Source of the DNA: Eledone cirrhosa
Taxonomy: Eukaryota
NCBI GenBank assembly: GCA_964016885.1
Contig: OZ024745.1
Location: forward strand, 11,284,001 to 11,348,000
DNA length: 64,000 nucleotides
Reading direction: 5' to 3'
The notes below the pieces were generated by a model, which ran no database searches, had not been told where the DNA came from, and saw only the letters and a list, made by a program, of their open reading frames with translations. The position numbers and the translations under genes are program-made. Shown in pieces: positions 36,622-51,600 of this stretch; position 1 is the stretch's first letter, and each line of letters starts with the position of its first letter.

Positions 36622-38450
36622 TGCACACAGCTCACACAACACACACAACGCACACACAGAACAAACACAACACACACAACACACACAACGCACACACACA
36701 ACACACAACACACACAACACACACAACACACACACAACACACACAGCTCACACAACACACAACACACACATCTCACACAACACACAACACACAACACACA
36801 CAGCTCACACAACACACAGCTCACACAACACACAACACACAACACACACAACACACACAGCTCACACAACACACAAAACACAACACACACATCTTACACA
36901 ACACACAACACAGACAGCTCACACAACACACACAACACACACAGCTCACACAACACACACAACACACACAACACACACACCTCACACAAAACACAACACA
37001 GACAGCTCACACAACACATACAACACACACAGCTCACACAACACACACAACACACACAACACACACAGCTCACACAGCACACAACACACAACACACACAA
37101 CTCACACAACACACACAGCTCACACAACACACACAACACACAACACACACAACACACACAGCTCACACAACACACACAACACACACAGCTCACACAACAC
37201 ACACAACACACACAACACACACAGCTCACACAACACACACAACACACACAGCTCACACAACACACACAACACACACAACACACACAGCTCACACAACACA
37301 CACAACACACACAGCTCACACAACACACACAACACACACAACACACACAGCTCACACAACACACACAACACACACAACACACACAGCTCACACAACACAC
37401 ACAACACACAACACCCACAGCTCAGACAACACACACAGCTCACACAACACACACAACACACACAGCTCACACAACACACACAACACACACATCTCACACA
37501 ACACACACAACACACACAACACACACATCTCACACAACACACACAACACACACAGCTCACACAACACACACAACACACAACACCCACAGCTCACACAAGA
37601 CACACAGCTCAGACAACACACACAGCTCACACAACACACACAACACACTCATCTCACACAACACACACAACACACACAACACACACATCTCACACAACAC
37701 ACACAACACACACAGCTCACACAACACACACAACACACAACACCCACAGCTCACACAACACCCACAGCTCAGACAACACACACAGCTCACACAACACACA
37801 CAACACACACATCTCACACAACACACACAACACACACAACACACACAACACACACATCTCACAAACACACACAACACACACAACACACACAGCTCACACA
37901 ACACACAACACACACAGCTTACACAACACACACAACACACAACACCCACAGCTCACACAACACCCACAGCTCACACAACACACAACACACACAGCTCAGA
38001 CAACACACACAGCTCACACAACACACACAACACACACATCTCACACAACACACACAACACACACAACACACACAACACACACAACACACACAGCTCACAC
38101 AACACACAACACCCACAGCTCACACAACACACAACACACACAGCTCACACAACACACAACACCCACAGCTTACACAACACACAACACACACAGCTCACAC
38201 AACACACACAGCTCAGACAACACACACAGCTCACACAACACACACAACACACACATCTCACACAACACACACAACACACACAACACACACAACACACACA
38301 GCTTACACAACACACAACACACACAGCTTACACAACACACACATCTCACACAACACACACAACACACACAACACACACAACACACACAGTTTACACAACA
38401 CACAACACACACAGCTTACACAACACACACAGCACACACAACATACACAT
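36622..38450. repeat. Complex CA-rich satellite (ACAACAC / CAGCTCACACA modules)
   Basis: Modules of 7-9 bp interleave with CAGCTC/CATCTC anchors. The 631-aa and 629-aa H/T/N/Q ORFs are artefacts of this repeat. Confidence 0.95.
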
Positions 38451-38564
38451 ATCTGTGTGTATGTTGTGTGTATGGCTTTAAGTAGTTAATATCGTCATCG
38501 GAGACTATCAACATAACTACCTCCACCATTTATAGATATAATCAGAAAGAGCATGGCGGCAGCT

Positions 38565-39275
38565 TGGTGATGACGATGGTGATGGTGGTGATGGTGGTGG
38601 TGATGATGGTGGTGGTGATGGTGGTGATGATGGTGATGATGATAGTGATGGTGATGGTGGTGGTGATGGTGATGGTGGTGATGGTTGTGATGGTGGTGAT
38701 GGTGGTGGTGATGGTGGTGATGGTGATGGTGATGATGGTGGTAGTGGTGATGGTGGTGATGATGGTGGTGATGATGGTGATGGTGATCGTGGTGGTGATG
38801 GTGTTGATGGTGGTGGTGGTGATGGTGGTGATGGTGGTGATGGTGGTGATGATGGTGGTGATGGTGATGGTGGTGGTTATGGTGATGATGATGCTGATGG
38901 TGATGGTGATGATGGTGATGGTGATGATGATGGTGATGGTGATGGTAATGATGGTGGTGGTGATGGTGGTGTTGATGGTGATGGTGATGTTGGTGATGAT
39001 GGTGGTGATGGTGGTGGTAATGGTGATGGTGGTGGTGATGATGGTGATGGTGACGATGGTGACGGTGATGATGGTGATGGTGATGGTGATGGTAGTGGTG
39101 ATAGTGATGGTGGTGGTGGTGATGGTGGTGGTGATGGTGATGGTGGTGATGGTAATGGTAATGATGGTGGTGGTGATGGTGATGGTGATAATGGTGATGG
39201 TGATAATGGTGATGGTGATGGTGGTGGTAGTGGTGATGGTGATGGTGGTGGTGATAATAATGATGGTGATGATGG
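38565..39275. repeat. Mixed (GGT/GAT)n trinucleotide repeat
   Basis: About 700 bp of interleaved GTG/ATG triplets. Confidence 0.96.
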
Positions 39276-39689
39276 TTTTGACGTTGAGAATATTATGACG
39301 TCAATAATAGTCATAAACATATATTCACACACACATATATATATATATATATACTCTCATATACTCATATACATACACTCACACGCACACATACGCACAC
39401 TCATATACGGACACACACATACTCACATACGCATACTCATATTCGCACACTCCCACGCACACATAAGCACACTCACACACATACATACATACACGTACAG
39501 TTTTGATTGATGTAAGTAATCAACAATTTCAGACATGTGACTGTTTAGCCCCTGGTCAGCCATGGTCAAGCAGACCTTAGTCAAATGTCTTATGATCAAC
39601 ACTAGGTAAAGCTGTCTAAGGTAGTTTTGGCTTCTATTTCTAACCATTCAAGTTTCCAGATAGTGGCTGTCTCATCATGGCTGTAGTGT

Positions 39690-42600
39690 TGTAGTACTAA
39701 TAGTGGTTACAGTGGTGTTGGTGGTAGTATTAGTAGGGGTTACAGTGGTGTTGGTGGTAGTATTAGTAGGGGTTACAGTGGTGTTGGTGGTAGTATTAGT
39801 AGGGGTTACAGTGGTGTTGGTGGTAGTATTAGTAGTGGTTACAGTGGTGTTGGTGGTAGTATTAGTAGTGGTTACAGTGGTGTTGGTGGTAGTATTAGTA
39901 GTGGTTACAGTGGTGTTGGTGGTAGTATTAGTAGTGGTTACAGTGGTGTTGGTGGTAGTATTAGTAGTGGTTACAGTGGTGTTGGTGGTAGTATTAGTAG
40001 GGGTTACAGTGGTGTTGGTGGTAGTATTAGTAGTGGTTACAGTGGTGTTGGTGGTAGTATTAGTAGTCGTTACAGTGGTGTTGGTGGTAGTATTAGTAGT
40101 GGTTACAGTGGTGTTGGTGGTAGTATTAGTAGGGGTTACAGTGGTGTTGGTGGTAGTATTAGTAGGGGTTACAGTGGTGTTGGTGGTAGTATTAGTAGTG
40201 GTTACAGTGGTGTTGGTGGTAGTATTAGTAGGGGTTACAGTGGTGTTGGTGGTAGTATTAGTAGTGGTTACAGTGGTGTTGGTGGTAGTATTAGTAGTCG
40301 TTACAGTGGTGTTGGTGGTAGTATTAGTAGTGGTTACAGTGGTGTTGGTTGTAGTACTAATAGTGTTTACAGTGGTGTTGGTGGTAGTATTAGTAGGGGT
40401 TACAGTGGTGTTGGTGGTAGTATTAGTAGTGGTTACAGTGGTGTTGGTGGTAGTATTAGTAGTGGTTACAGTGGTGTTGGTGGTAGTATTAGTAGTGGTT
40501 ACAGTGGTGTTGGTGGTAGTATTAGTAGTGATTACAGTGGTGCTGGTGGTAGTATTAGTATGGTTACAGTGGTGTTGGTGGTAGTATTAGTAGTGGTTAC
40601 AGTGGTGTTGGTGGTAGTATTAGTAGTGGTTACAGTGGTGTTGGTGGTAGTATTAGTAGGGGTTACAGTGGTGTTGGTGGTAGTATTAGTAGTTGTTACA
40701 GTGGTGTTGGTGGTAGTACTAATAGTGGTTACAGTGGTGTTGGTGGTAGTATTAGTAGGGGTTACAGTGGTGTTGGTGGTAGTATTAGTAGGGGTTACAG
40801 TGGTGTTGGTGGTAGTATTAGTAGTGGTTACAGTGGTGTTGGTTGTAGTACTAATAGTGGTTACAGTGGTGTTGGTGGTAGTATTAGTAGGGGTTACAGT
40901 GGTGTTGGTGGTAGTATTAGTAGGGGTTACAGTGGTGTTGGTGGTAGTATTAGTAGGGGTTACAGTGGTGTTGGTGGTAGTATTAGTAGTGGTTACAGTG
41001 GTGTTGGTTGTAGTACTAATAGTGGTTACAGTGGTGTTGGTGGTAGTATTAGTAGGGGTTACAGTGGTGTTGGTGGTAGTATTAGTAGGGGTTACAGTGG
41101 TGTTGGTGGTAGTATTAGTAGGGGTTACAGTGGTGTTGGTGGTAGTATTAGTAGTGGTTACAGTGGTGTTGGTTGTAGTACTAATAGTGTTTACAGTGGT
41201 GTTGGTGGTAGTATTAGTAGGGGTTACAGTGGTGTTGGTGGTAGTATTAGTAGTGGTTACAGTGGTGTTGGTGGTAGTATTAGTAGTGGTTACAGTGGTG
41301 TTGGTGGTAGTATTAGTAGTGGTTACAGTGGTGTTGGTTGTAGTACTAATAGTGTTTACAGTGGTGTTGGTGGTAGTATTAGTAGGGGTTACAGTGGTGT
41401 TGGTGGTAGTATTAGTAGTGGTTACAGTGGTGTTGGTGGTAGTACTAATAGTGGTTACAGTGGTGTTGGTGGTAGTATTAGTAGGGGTTACAGTGGTGTT
41501 GGTGGTAGTATTAGTAGGGGTTACAGTGGTGTTGGTGGTAGTATTAGTAGTGGTTACAGTGGTGTTGGTGGTAGTACTAGTAGGGTTACAGTGGTGTTGG
41601 TGGTAGTATTAGTAGTGGTTACAGTGGTGTTGGTGGTAGTACTAATAGTGGTTACAGTGGTGTTGGTGGTAGTACTAGTAGTGGTTACAGTGGTGTTGGT
41701 GGTAGTATTAGTAGGGGTTACAGTGGTGTTGGTGGTAGTACTAATAGTGGTTACAGTGGTGTTGGTGGTAGTATTAGTAGGGGTTACAGTGGTGTTGGTT
41801 GTAGTATTAGTAGGGGTTACAGTGGTGTTGATGGTAATATTAGTAGTGGTTACAGTAGTGTTGGTTGTAGTATTAGTAGTGGTTACAGTGGTGTTGGTTG
41901 TAGTATTAGTAGTGGTTACAGTGGAGTTGGTGGTAGTATTAGTAGGGGTTAGAGTGGTGTTGGTTGTAGTATTAGTATGGTTACAGTGGTGTTGGTTGTA
42001 GTACTAGTAGTGGTTACAGTGGTGTTGGTTGTAGTATTAGTAGTGGTTACAGTGGTGTTGGTTGTAGTATTAGTAGTGGTTACAGTGGTGTTGGTGGTAG
42101 TTTTAGTAGTGGTTACAGTGGTGTTGGTTGTAGTACTAGTAGTGGTTACAGTGGTGTTGGTGGTAGTATTAGTAGTGGTAACAGTGGTGTTGGTTGTAGT
42201 ATTAGTAGTGGTTACAGTGGTGTTCGATGTAGTATTAGTAGGGGTTACAGTGGTGTTGGTGGTAGTATTAGTAGGGGTTAGAGTGGTGTTGGTTGTAGTA
42301 TTAGTATGGTTACAGTGGTGTTGGTTGTAGTACTAGTAGTGGTTACAGTGGTGTTGGTTGTAGTATTACTAGTGGTTACAGTGGTGTTGGTTGTAGTATT
42401 AGTAGTGGTTACAGTGGTGTTGGTTGTAGTACTAGTAGTGGTTACAGTGGTGTTGGTTGTAGTATTAGTAGTGGTTACAGTGGTGTTGGTTGTAGTACTA
42501 GTAGTGGTTACAGTGGTGTTGGTTGTAGTATTAGTAGTCGTTACGGTGGTGTTGGTTGTAGTATTAGTAGGGGTTACAGTGGTGTTGGTTGTAGTATTAG

Positions 42601-45600
42601 TAGGGGTTACAGTGGTGTTGGTTGTAGTATTAGTAGGGGTTACAGTGGTGTTGGTTGTAGTATTAGTATGGTTACAGTGGTGTTGGTGGTAGTATTAGTA
42701 TGGTTACAGTGGTGTTCGTTGTAGTATTAGTAGTGGTTACAGTGGTGTTGATGGTAGTATTAGTAGTGGTTACAGTGGTGTTGGTGGTAGTATTAGTAGT
42801 GGTTACAGTGGTGTTGGTGGTAGTATTAGTAGTGGTTACGGTGGTGTTGGTTGTAGTATTAGTAGTGGTTACAGTGGTGTTGGTTGTAGTATTAGTAGTG
42901 GTTACAGTGGTGTTGGTGGTAGTATTAGTAGTGGTTACAGTGGTGTTGGTGGTAGTATTAGTATGGTTACAGTGGTGTTGGTGGTAGTATTAGTAGTGGT
43001 TACAGTGGTGTTGGTGGTAGTATTAGTAGTCGTTACAGTGGTGTTGGTGGTAGTATTAGTAGTGGTTACAGTGGTGTTGGTTGTAGTATTAGTAGTGGTT
43101 ACAGTGGTGTTGGTGGTAGTATTAGTAGTGGTTACAGTGGTGTTGGTTGTAGTATTAGTAGTGGTTACAGTGGTGTTGGTGGTAGTATTAGTAGTGGTTA
43201 CAGTGGTGTTGGTGGTAGTATTAGTATGGTTACAGTGGTGTTGGTGGTAGTATTAGTAGTGGTTACAGTGGTGTTGGTGGTAGTATTAGTAGTGGTTACA
43301 GTGGTGTTGGTGGTAGTATTAGTATGGTTACAGTGGTGTTGGTGGTAGTATTAGTAGTGGTTACAGTGGTGTTGGTGGCAGTATTAGTAGTGGACAGTGG
43401 TGTTGGTGGTAGTATTAGTATGGTTACAGTGGTGTGGTGGTAGTATTAGTAGTGGTTACAGTGGTGTTGGTGGTAGTATTAGTAGTGGTTACAGTGGTGT
43501 TGGTGGTAGTATTAGTAGTGGTTACAGTGGTGTTGGTGGTAGTATTAGTAGTGGTTACAGTGGTGTTGGTGGCAGTATTAGTAGTGGACAGTGGTGTTGG
43601 TGGTAGTATTAGTATGGGTACAGTGGTGTTGGTGGTAGTATTAGTAGTGGTTACAGTGGTGTTGGTGGTAGTATTAGTAGTGATTACAGTGGTGCTGGTG
43701 GTAGTATTAGTATGGTTACAGTGGTGTTGGTGGTAGTATTAGTAGTGGTTACAGTGGTGTTGGTGGTAGTATTAGTAGTGGTTACAGTGGTGTTGGTGGT
43801 AGTATTAGTATGGTTACAGTGGTGTTGGTGGTAGTATTAGTAGTGGTTACAGTGGTGTTGGTGGTAGTATTAGTAGTGATTACAGTGGTGCTGGTGGTAG
43901 TATTAGTATGGTTACAGTGGTGTTGGTGGTAGTATTAGTAGTGGTTACAGTGGTGTTGGTGGTAGTATTAGTAGTGGTTACAGTGGTGTTGGTGGTAGTA
44001 TTAGTATGGTTACAGTGGTGTTGGTGGTAGTATTAGTAGTGGTTACAGTGGTGTTGGTGGCAGTATTAGTAGTGGACAGTGGTGTTGGTGGTAGTATTAG
44101 TATGGTTACAGTGGTGTTGGTGGTAGTATTTGTATGGTTACAGTGGTGTTGGTGGTAGTATTAGTAGTGGTTACAGTGGTGTTGGTGGTAGTATTAGTGT
44201 GGTTACAGTGGTGTTGGTGGTAGTATTAGTAGTGGTTACAGTGGTGTTGGTGGTAGTATTAGTATGGTTACAGTGGTGTTGGTTGTAGTACTAGTAGTGG
44301 TTACAGTGGTGTTGGTGGTAGTATTAGTATGGTTACAGTGGTGTTGGTGGCAGTATTAGTATGGTTACAGTTGTGTTGGTGGCAGTATTAGTATGGTTAC
44401 AGTGGTCTGGTGGTAGTATTAGTAGTGGTTACAGTGGTGTTGGTGGTAGTATTAGTAGTGGTTACAGTGGTGTTGGTTGTAGTATTAATAGTGGTTACAG
44501 TGGTGTTGGTGGTAGTATTAGTATGGTTACAGTGGTGCTGGTGGTAGTATTAGTAGTGGACAGTGGTGTTGGTGGTAGTATTAGTATGGTTACAGTGGTG
44601 TTGGTGGTAGTATTTGTATGGTTACAGTGGTGTTGGTGGTAGTATTAGTAGTGGTTCCAGTGGTGTTGGTGGTAGTATTAGTGTGGTTACAGTGATGTTG
44701 GTGATAGTATTAGTAGTGGTTACAGTGGTGTTGGTGGTAGTATTAGTATGGTTACAGCGGTGTTGGTTGTAGTACTAGTAGTGGTTACAGTGGTGTTGGT
44801 GGTAGTATTAGTAGTGGTTACAGTGGTGTTGGTGGTAGTATTAGTATGGTTACAGTGGTGTTGGTGGTAGTATTAGTAGTGGTTACGGTGGTGTTGGTTG
44901 TAGTATTAGTAGTGGTTACAGTGGTGTTGGTGGTAGTATTAGTAGTGGTTACAGTGGTGTTCGTTGTAGTATTAGTATGGTTACAGTGGTGTTGGTGGTA
45001 GTATTAGTAGTGGTTACAGTGGTGTTGGTGGTAGTATTAGTATGGTTACAGTGGTGTTGGTTGTAGTACTAGTAGTGGTTACAGTGGTGTTGGTGGTAGT
45101 ATTAGTAGTGGTTACAGTGGTGTTGGTGGTAGTATTAGTATGGTTACAGTGGTGTTGGTGGTAGTATTAGTAGTGGTTACGGTGCTGTTGGTGGTAGTAT
45201 TAGTAGTGGTTACAGTGGTGTTGGTGGTAGTATTAGTAGTGGCTACAGTGTGTTGGTTGTAGTACTAGTAGTGGTTACAGTGGTGTTGGTGGTAGTATTA
45301 GTAGTGGCTACAGTGTGTTGGTTGTAGTACTAGTAGTGGTTACAGTGGTGTTGATGGTAGTATTAGTAGTGGTTGCAGTGGTGTTGGTTGTAGTATTAGT
45401 GTGGTTACAGTGGTGTTGGTGGTAGTATTAGTATGGTTACAGTGGTGTTGGTGGTAGTATTAGTAGTGGTACAGTGTGTTGGTTGTAGTACTAGTAGTGG
45501 TTACAGTGGTGTTGGTGGTAGTATTAGTATGGTTACAGTGGTGTTGGTGACAATATTAGTAGTGGTACAGTGTGTTGGTTGTAGTACTAGTAGTGGTTAC

Positions 45601-48600
45601 AGTGGCGTTGGTGGTAGTATTAGTATGGTTACAGTGGTGTTAGTGGCAGTATTAGTAGTGGTACAGTGTGTTGGTGGTAGTATTAGTAATGGTACAGGGC
45701 TGTTGGTGGTAGTATTAGTAGTGGTTACAGTGGTGTTGGTGGCAGTATTAGTATGGTTACAGTGGTGTTGGTTGTAGTATTAGTATGGTTACAGTGGTGT
45801 TGGTGGTAGTAGTAGTGTAGTTACAGTGGTGTTGGTGGTAGTATTAGTAATGGTACAGTGGTGTTGGTGGTAGTATTACTATGGTTTCAGTGGTGTTGGT
45901 GGTAGTATTAGTAGGGGTTACAGTGGTGTTGGTGGTAGTATTAGTAGGGGTTACAGTGGTGTTGGTGGTAGTATTAGTATGGTTACAGTGGTGTTGGTTG
46001 TAGTATTAGTAATGGTACAGTGGTGTTGGTGGTAGTATTACTATGGTTACTGTGGTGTTGGTTGTAGTATTAGTAGTGGTTACAGTGGTGTTGGTGGTCG
46101 TAGTAGTATGGTTACAGTGGTGTTGGTGGTAGTATTAGTAGTGGTTACAGTGGTGTTGGTTGTAATATTAGTAGTGGTTACAGTGGTGTTGGTGGTAGTA
46201 GTATTAGTATGGTTACAGTGGTGTTGGTGGTAGTATTAGTAGTGGTTACAGTGGTGTTGGTGGTAGTATTAGTAGTGGTACAGTGTGTTGGTGGTAGTAT
46301 TAGTATAGTTACAGTGGTGTTGGTGGTAGTATTACTAGTGGTACAGTGTGTTGGTGGTAGTATTAGTATAGTAACAGTGGTGTTGGTGGTAGTATTAGTA
46401 GTGGTACAGTGTGTTGGTTGTAGTATTAGTATGGTTACAGTGGTGTTGGTTGTAGTACTAGTAGTGGTTACAGTGGTGTTGGTTGTAGTATTAGTAGTGG
46501 TTACAGTGGTGTTGGTTGTAGTATTAGTAGTGGTTACAGTGGTGTTGGTTGTAGTACTAGTAGTGGTTACAGTGGTGTTGGTTGTAGTATTAGTAGTGGT
46601 TACAGTGGTGTTGGTTGTAGTACTAGTAGTGGTTACAGTGGTGTTGGTTGTAGTATTAGTAGTGGTTACGGTGGTGTTGGTTGTAGTATTAGTAGGGGTT
46701 ACAGTGGTGTTGGTTGTAGTATTAGTAGGGGTTACAGTGGTGTTGGTTGTAGTATTAGTAGGGGTTACAGTGGTGTTGGTTGTAGTATTAGTATGGTTAC
46801 AGTGGTGTTGGTGGTAGTATTAGTATGGTTACAGTGGTGTTCGTTGTAGTACTAGTAGTGGTTACAGTGGTGTTGATGGTAGTATTAGTAGGGGTTACAG
46901 TGGTGTTGGTGGTAGTATTAGTAGTGGTTACAGTGGTGTTGGTGGTAGTATTAGTAGTGGTTACGGTGGTGTTGGTGGTAGTATTAGTAGTGGTTACGGT
47001 GGTGTTGGTTGTAGTATTAGTAGTGGTTACAGTGGTGTTGGTTGTAGTATTAGTAGTGGTTACAGTGGTGTTGGTGGTAGTATTAGTAGTGGTTACAGTG
47101 GTGTTGGTGGTAGTATTAGTAGTGGTTACAGTGGTGTTGGTGGTAGTATTAGTAGTGGTTACAGTGGTGTTGGTTGTAGTATTAGTAGTGGTTACAGTGG
47201 TGTTGGTGGTAGTATTAGTATGGTTACAGTGGTGTTGGTGGTAGTATTAGTATGGTTACAGTGGTGTTCGTTGTAGTATTAGTAGTGGTTACAGTGGTGT
47301 TGGTGGTAGTATTAGTAGTGGTTACAGTGGTGTTGGTGGTAGTATTAGTAGTGGTTACAGTGGTGTTGGTGGTAGTATTAGTAGTGGTTACAGTGGTGTT
47401 GGTGGTAGTATTAGTAGTGGTTACAGTGGTGTTGGTGGTAGTATTAGTAGTGGTTACAGTGGTGTTGGTTGTAGTATTAGTAGTGGTTACAGTGGTGTTG
47501 GTGGTAGTATTAGTATGGTTACAGTGGTGTTGGTGGTAGTATTAGTATGGTTACAGTGGTGTTCGTTGTAGTATTAGTATGGTTACAGTGGTGTTGGTGG
47601 TAGTATTAGTATGGTTACAGTGGTGTTCGTTGTAGTATTAGTATGGTTACAGTGGTGTTGATGGTAGTATTAGTAGTGGTTACAGTGGTGTTGGTGGTAG
47701 TATTAGTAGTGGTTACGGTGGTGTTGGTTGTAGTATTAGTAGTGGTTACAGTGGTGTTGGTGGTAGTATTAGTAGTGGTTACAGTGGTGTTGGTGGTAGT
47801 ATTAGTAGTGGTTACAGTGGTGTTGGTGGTAGTATTAGTAGTGGTTACAGTGGTGTTGGTGGTAGTATTAGTAGTGGTTACAGTGGTGTTGGTGGTAGTA
47901 TTAGTAGTGGTTACGGTGGTGTTGGTTGTAGTATTAGTATGGTTACAGTGGTGTTGGTGGTAGTAGTAGTGTGGTTACAGTGGTGTTGGTGGTAGTATTA
48001 GTAATGGTACAGTGGTGTTGGTGGTAGTATTACTATGGTTTCAGTGGTGTTGGTGGTAGTATTAGTAGGGGTTACAGTGGTGTTGGTGGTAGTAGTATTA
48101 GTATGGTTACAGTGGTGTTGGTGGTAGTATTAGTAGTGGTTACAGTGGTGTTCGTTGTAGTATTAGTATGGTTACAGTGGTGTTGGTGGTAGTATTAGTA
48201 ATGGTACAGGGGTGTTGGTGGTAGTATTAGTAGTGGTTACAGTGGTGTTGGTGGCAGTATTAGTATGGTTACAGTGGTGTTGGTTGTAGTATTAGTATGG
48301 TTACAGTGGTGTTGGTGGTAGTAGTAGTAGTGGTTACAGTGGTGTTGGTGGTAGTATTAGTAGTGGTTACAGTGGTGCTGGTTGTAGTACTAGTAGTGGT
48401 TACAGTGGCGTTGGTGGTAGTATTAGTATGGTTACAGTGGTGTTAGTGGCAGTATTAGTAGTGGTACAGTGTGTTGGTGGTAGTATTAGTAATGGTACAG
48501 GGGTGTTGGTGGTAGTATTAGTAGTGGTTACAGTGGTGTTGGTGGCAGTATTAGTATGGTTACAGTGGTGTTGGTTGTAGTATTAGTATGGTTACAGTGG

Positions 48601-51600
48601 TGTTGGTGGTAGTAGTAGTGTGGTTACAGTGGTGTTGGTGGTAGTATTAGTAATGGTACAGTGGTGTTGGTGGTAGTATTACTATGGTTTCAGTGGTGTT
48701 GGTGGTAGTATTAGTAGGGGTTACAGTGGTGTTGGTGGTAGTATTAGTAGGGGTTACAGTGGTGTTGGTGGTAGTATTAGTATGATTACAGTGGTGTTGG
48801 TTGTAGTATTAGTAATGGTACAGTGGTGTTGGTGGTAGTATTACTATGGTTACTGTGGTGTTGGTTGTAGTATTAGTAGTGGTTACAGTGGTGTTGGTGG
48901 TAGTAGTAGTATGGTTACAGTGGTGTTGGTGGTAGTATTAGTAGTGGTTACAGTGGTGTTGGTTGTAATATTAGTAGTGGTTACAGTGGTGTTGGTGGTA
49001 GTAGTAGTATGGTTACAGTGGTGTTGGTGGTAGTATTAGTAGTGGTTACAGTGGTGTTGGTGGTAGTATTAGTAGTGGTACAGTGTGTTGGTGGTAGTAT
49101 TAGTATAGTTACAGTGGTGTTGGTGGTAGTATTACTAGTGGTACAGTGTGTTGGTGGTAGTATTAGTATAGTAACAGTGGTGTTGGTGGTAGTATTAGTA
49201 GTGGTACAGTGTGTTGGTTGTAGTATTAGTATGGTTACAGTGGTGTTGTTTGTAGTACTAGTAGTGGTTACAGTGGTGTTGGTTGTAGTACTAGTAGTGG
49301 TTACAGTGGTGTTGGTTGTAGTATTAGTAGTGGTTACAGTGGTGTTGGTTGTAGTACTAGTAGTGGTTACAGTGGTGTTGGTTGTAGTATTAGTAGTGGT
49401 TACGGTGGTGTTGGTTGTAGTATTAGTAGGGGTTACAGTGGTGTTGGTTGTAGTATTAGTAGGGGTTACAGTGGTGTTGGTTGTAGTATTAGTATGGTTA
49501 CAGTGGTGTTCGTTGTAGTATTAGTAGTGGTTACAGTGGTGTTGATGGTAGTATTAGTAGTGGTTACTGTGGTGTTGGTGGTAGTATTAGTAGTGGTTAC
49601 AGTGGTGTTGGTGGTAGTATTAGTAGTGGTTACGGTGGTGTTGGTTGTAGTATTAGTAGTGGTTACAGTGGTGTTGGTTGTAGTATTAGTAGTGGTTACA
49701 GTGGTGTTGGTGGTAGTATTAGTAGTGGTTACAGTGGTGTTGGTGGTAGTATTAGTATGGTTACAGTGGTGTTGGTGGTAGTATTAGTAGTGGTTACAGT
49801 GGTGTTGGTGGTAGTATTAGTAGTGGTTACAGTGGTGTTGGTTGTAGTATTAGTAGTGGTTTCAGTGGTGTTGCTGGTAGTATTAGTAGTGGTTACAGTG
49901 GTGTTGGTTGTAGTATTAGTAGTGGTTACAGTGGTGTTGGTGGTAGTATTAGTAGTGGTTACAGTGGTGTTGGTGGTAGTATTAGTATGGTTACAGTGGT
50001 GTTGGTGGTAGTATTAGTAGTGGTTACAGTGGTGTTGGTGGTAGTATTAGTAGTGGTTACAGTGGTGTTGGTTGTAGTATTAGTAGTGGTTACAGTGGTG
50101 TTGGTGGTAGTATTAGTAGTGGTTACAGTGGTGTTGTTTGTAGTATTAGTAGTGGTTACAGTGGTGTTGGTGGTAGTATTAGTAGTGGTTACAGTGGTGT
50201 TGGTGGCAGTATTAGTAGTGGACAGTGGTGTTGGTGGTAGTATTAGTATGGTTACAGTGGTGTTGGTGGTAGTATTAGTAGTGGACAGTGGTGTTGGTGG
50301 TAGTATTAGTATGGTTACAGTGGTGTTGGTGGTAGTATTAGTAGTGGTTACAGTGGTGTTCGTTGTAGTATTAGTAGTGGTTACAGTGGTGTTGGTGGTA
50401 GTATTAGTAGTGGTTACAGTGGTGTTGGTGGTAGTATTAGTAGTGGTTACAGTGGTGTTGATGGTAGTATTAGTATGGTTACAGTGGTGTTGGTGGTAGT
50501 ATTAGTAGTGGTTACAGTGGTGTTGTTGGTAGTATTAGTATGGTTACAGTGGTGTTGGTGGTAGTATTAGTAGTGGTTACAGTGCTGTTGATGGTAGTAT
50601 TAGTATGGTTACAGTGGTGTTGGTGGCAGTATTAGTATGGTTACAGTGGTCTGGTGGTAGTATTAGTAGTGGTTACAGTGGTGTTGGTGGTAGTATTAGT
50701 AGTGGTTACAGTGGTGTTGGTGGTAGTATTAGTATGGTTACAGTGGTGTTGGTGGTAGTATTAGTAGTGGTTACAGTGGTGTTGGTGGCAGTATTAGTAG
50801 TGGTTACAGTGGTGTTGGTTGTAGTATTAATAGTGGTTACAGTGGTGTTGGTGGTAGTATTAGTATGGTTACAGTGGTGCTGGTGGTAGTATTAGTAGTG
50901 GACAGTGGTGTTGGTGGTAGTATTAGTATGGTTACAGTGGTGTTGGTGGTAGTATTTGTATGGTTACAGTGGTGTTGGTGGTAGTATTAGTAGTGGTTAC
51001 AGTGGTGTTGGTGGTAGTATTAGTGTGGTTACAGTGATGTTGGTGGTAGTATTAGTAGTGGTTACAGTGGTGTTGGTGGTAGTATTAGTATGGTTACAGT
51101 GGTGTTGGTTGTAGTACTAGTAGTGGTTACAGTGGTGTTGGTGGTAGTATTAGTAGTGGTTACAGTGGTGTTGGTGGTAGTATTAGTATGGTTACAGTGG
51201 TGTTGGTGGTAGTATTAGTAGTGGTTACGGTGGTGTTGGTTGTAGTATTAGTAGTGGTTACAGTGGTGTTGGTGGTAGTATTAGTATGGTTACAGTGGTG
51301 TTGGTTGTAGTACTAGTAGTGGTTACAGTGGTGTTGGTGGTAGTATTAGTAGTGGTTACAGTGGTGTTGGTGGTAGTATTAGTATGGTTACAGTGGTGTT
51401 GGTGGTAGTATTAGTAGTGGTTTCGGTGGTGTTGGTGGTAGTATTAGTAGTGGTTACAGTGGTGTTGGTGGTAGTATTAGTAGTGGTTACAGTGGTGTTC
51501 GTTGTAGTATTAGTATGGTTACAGTGGTGTTGGTGGTAGTATTAGTAGTGGTTACAGTGGTGTTGGTGGTAGTATTAGTATGGTTACAGTGGTGTTGGTT

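Noticed and set aside
36594-39298. 631-aa and 629-aa His/Thr-rich ORFs and a 244-aa Met/Val ORF
   Set aside because: These are low-complexity CA and GGT/GAT repeats that lack stop codons because of their composition.
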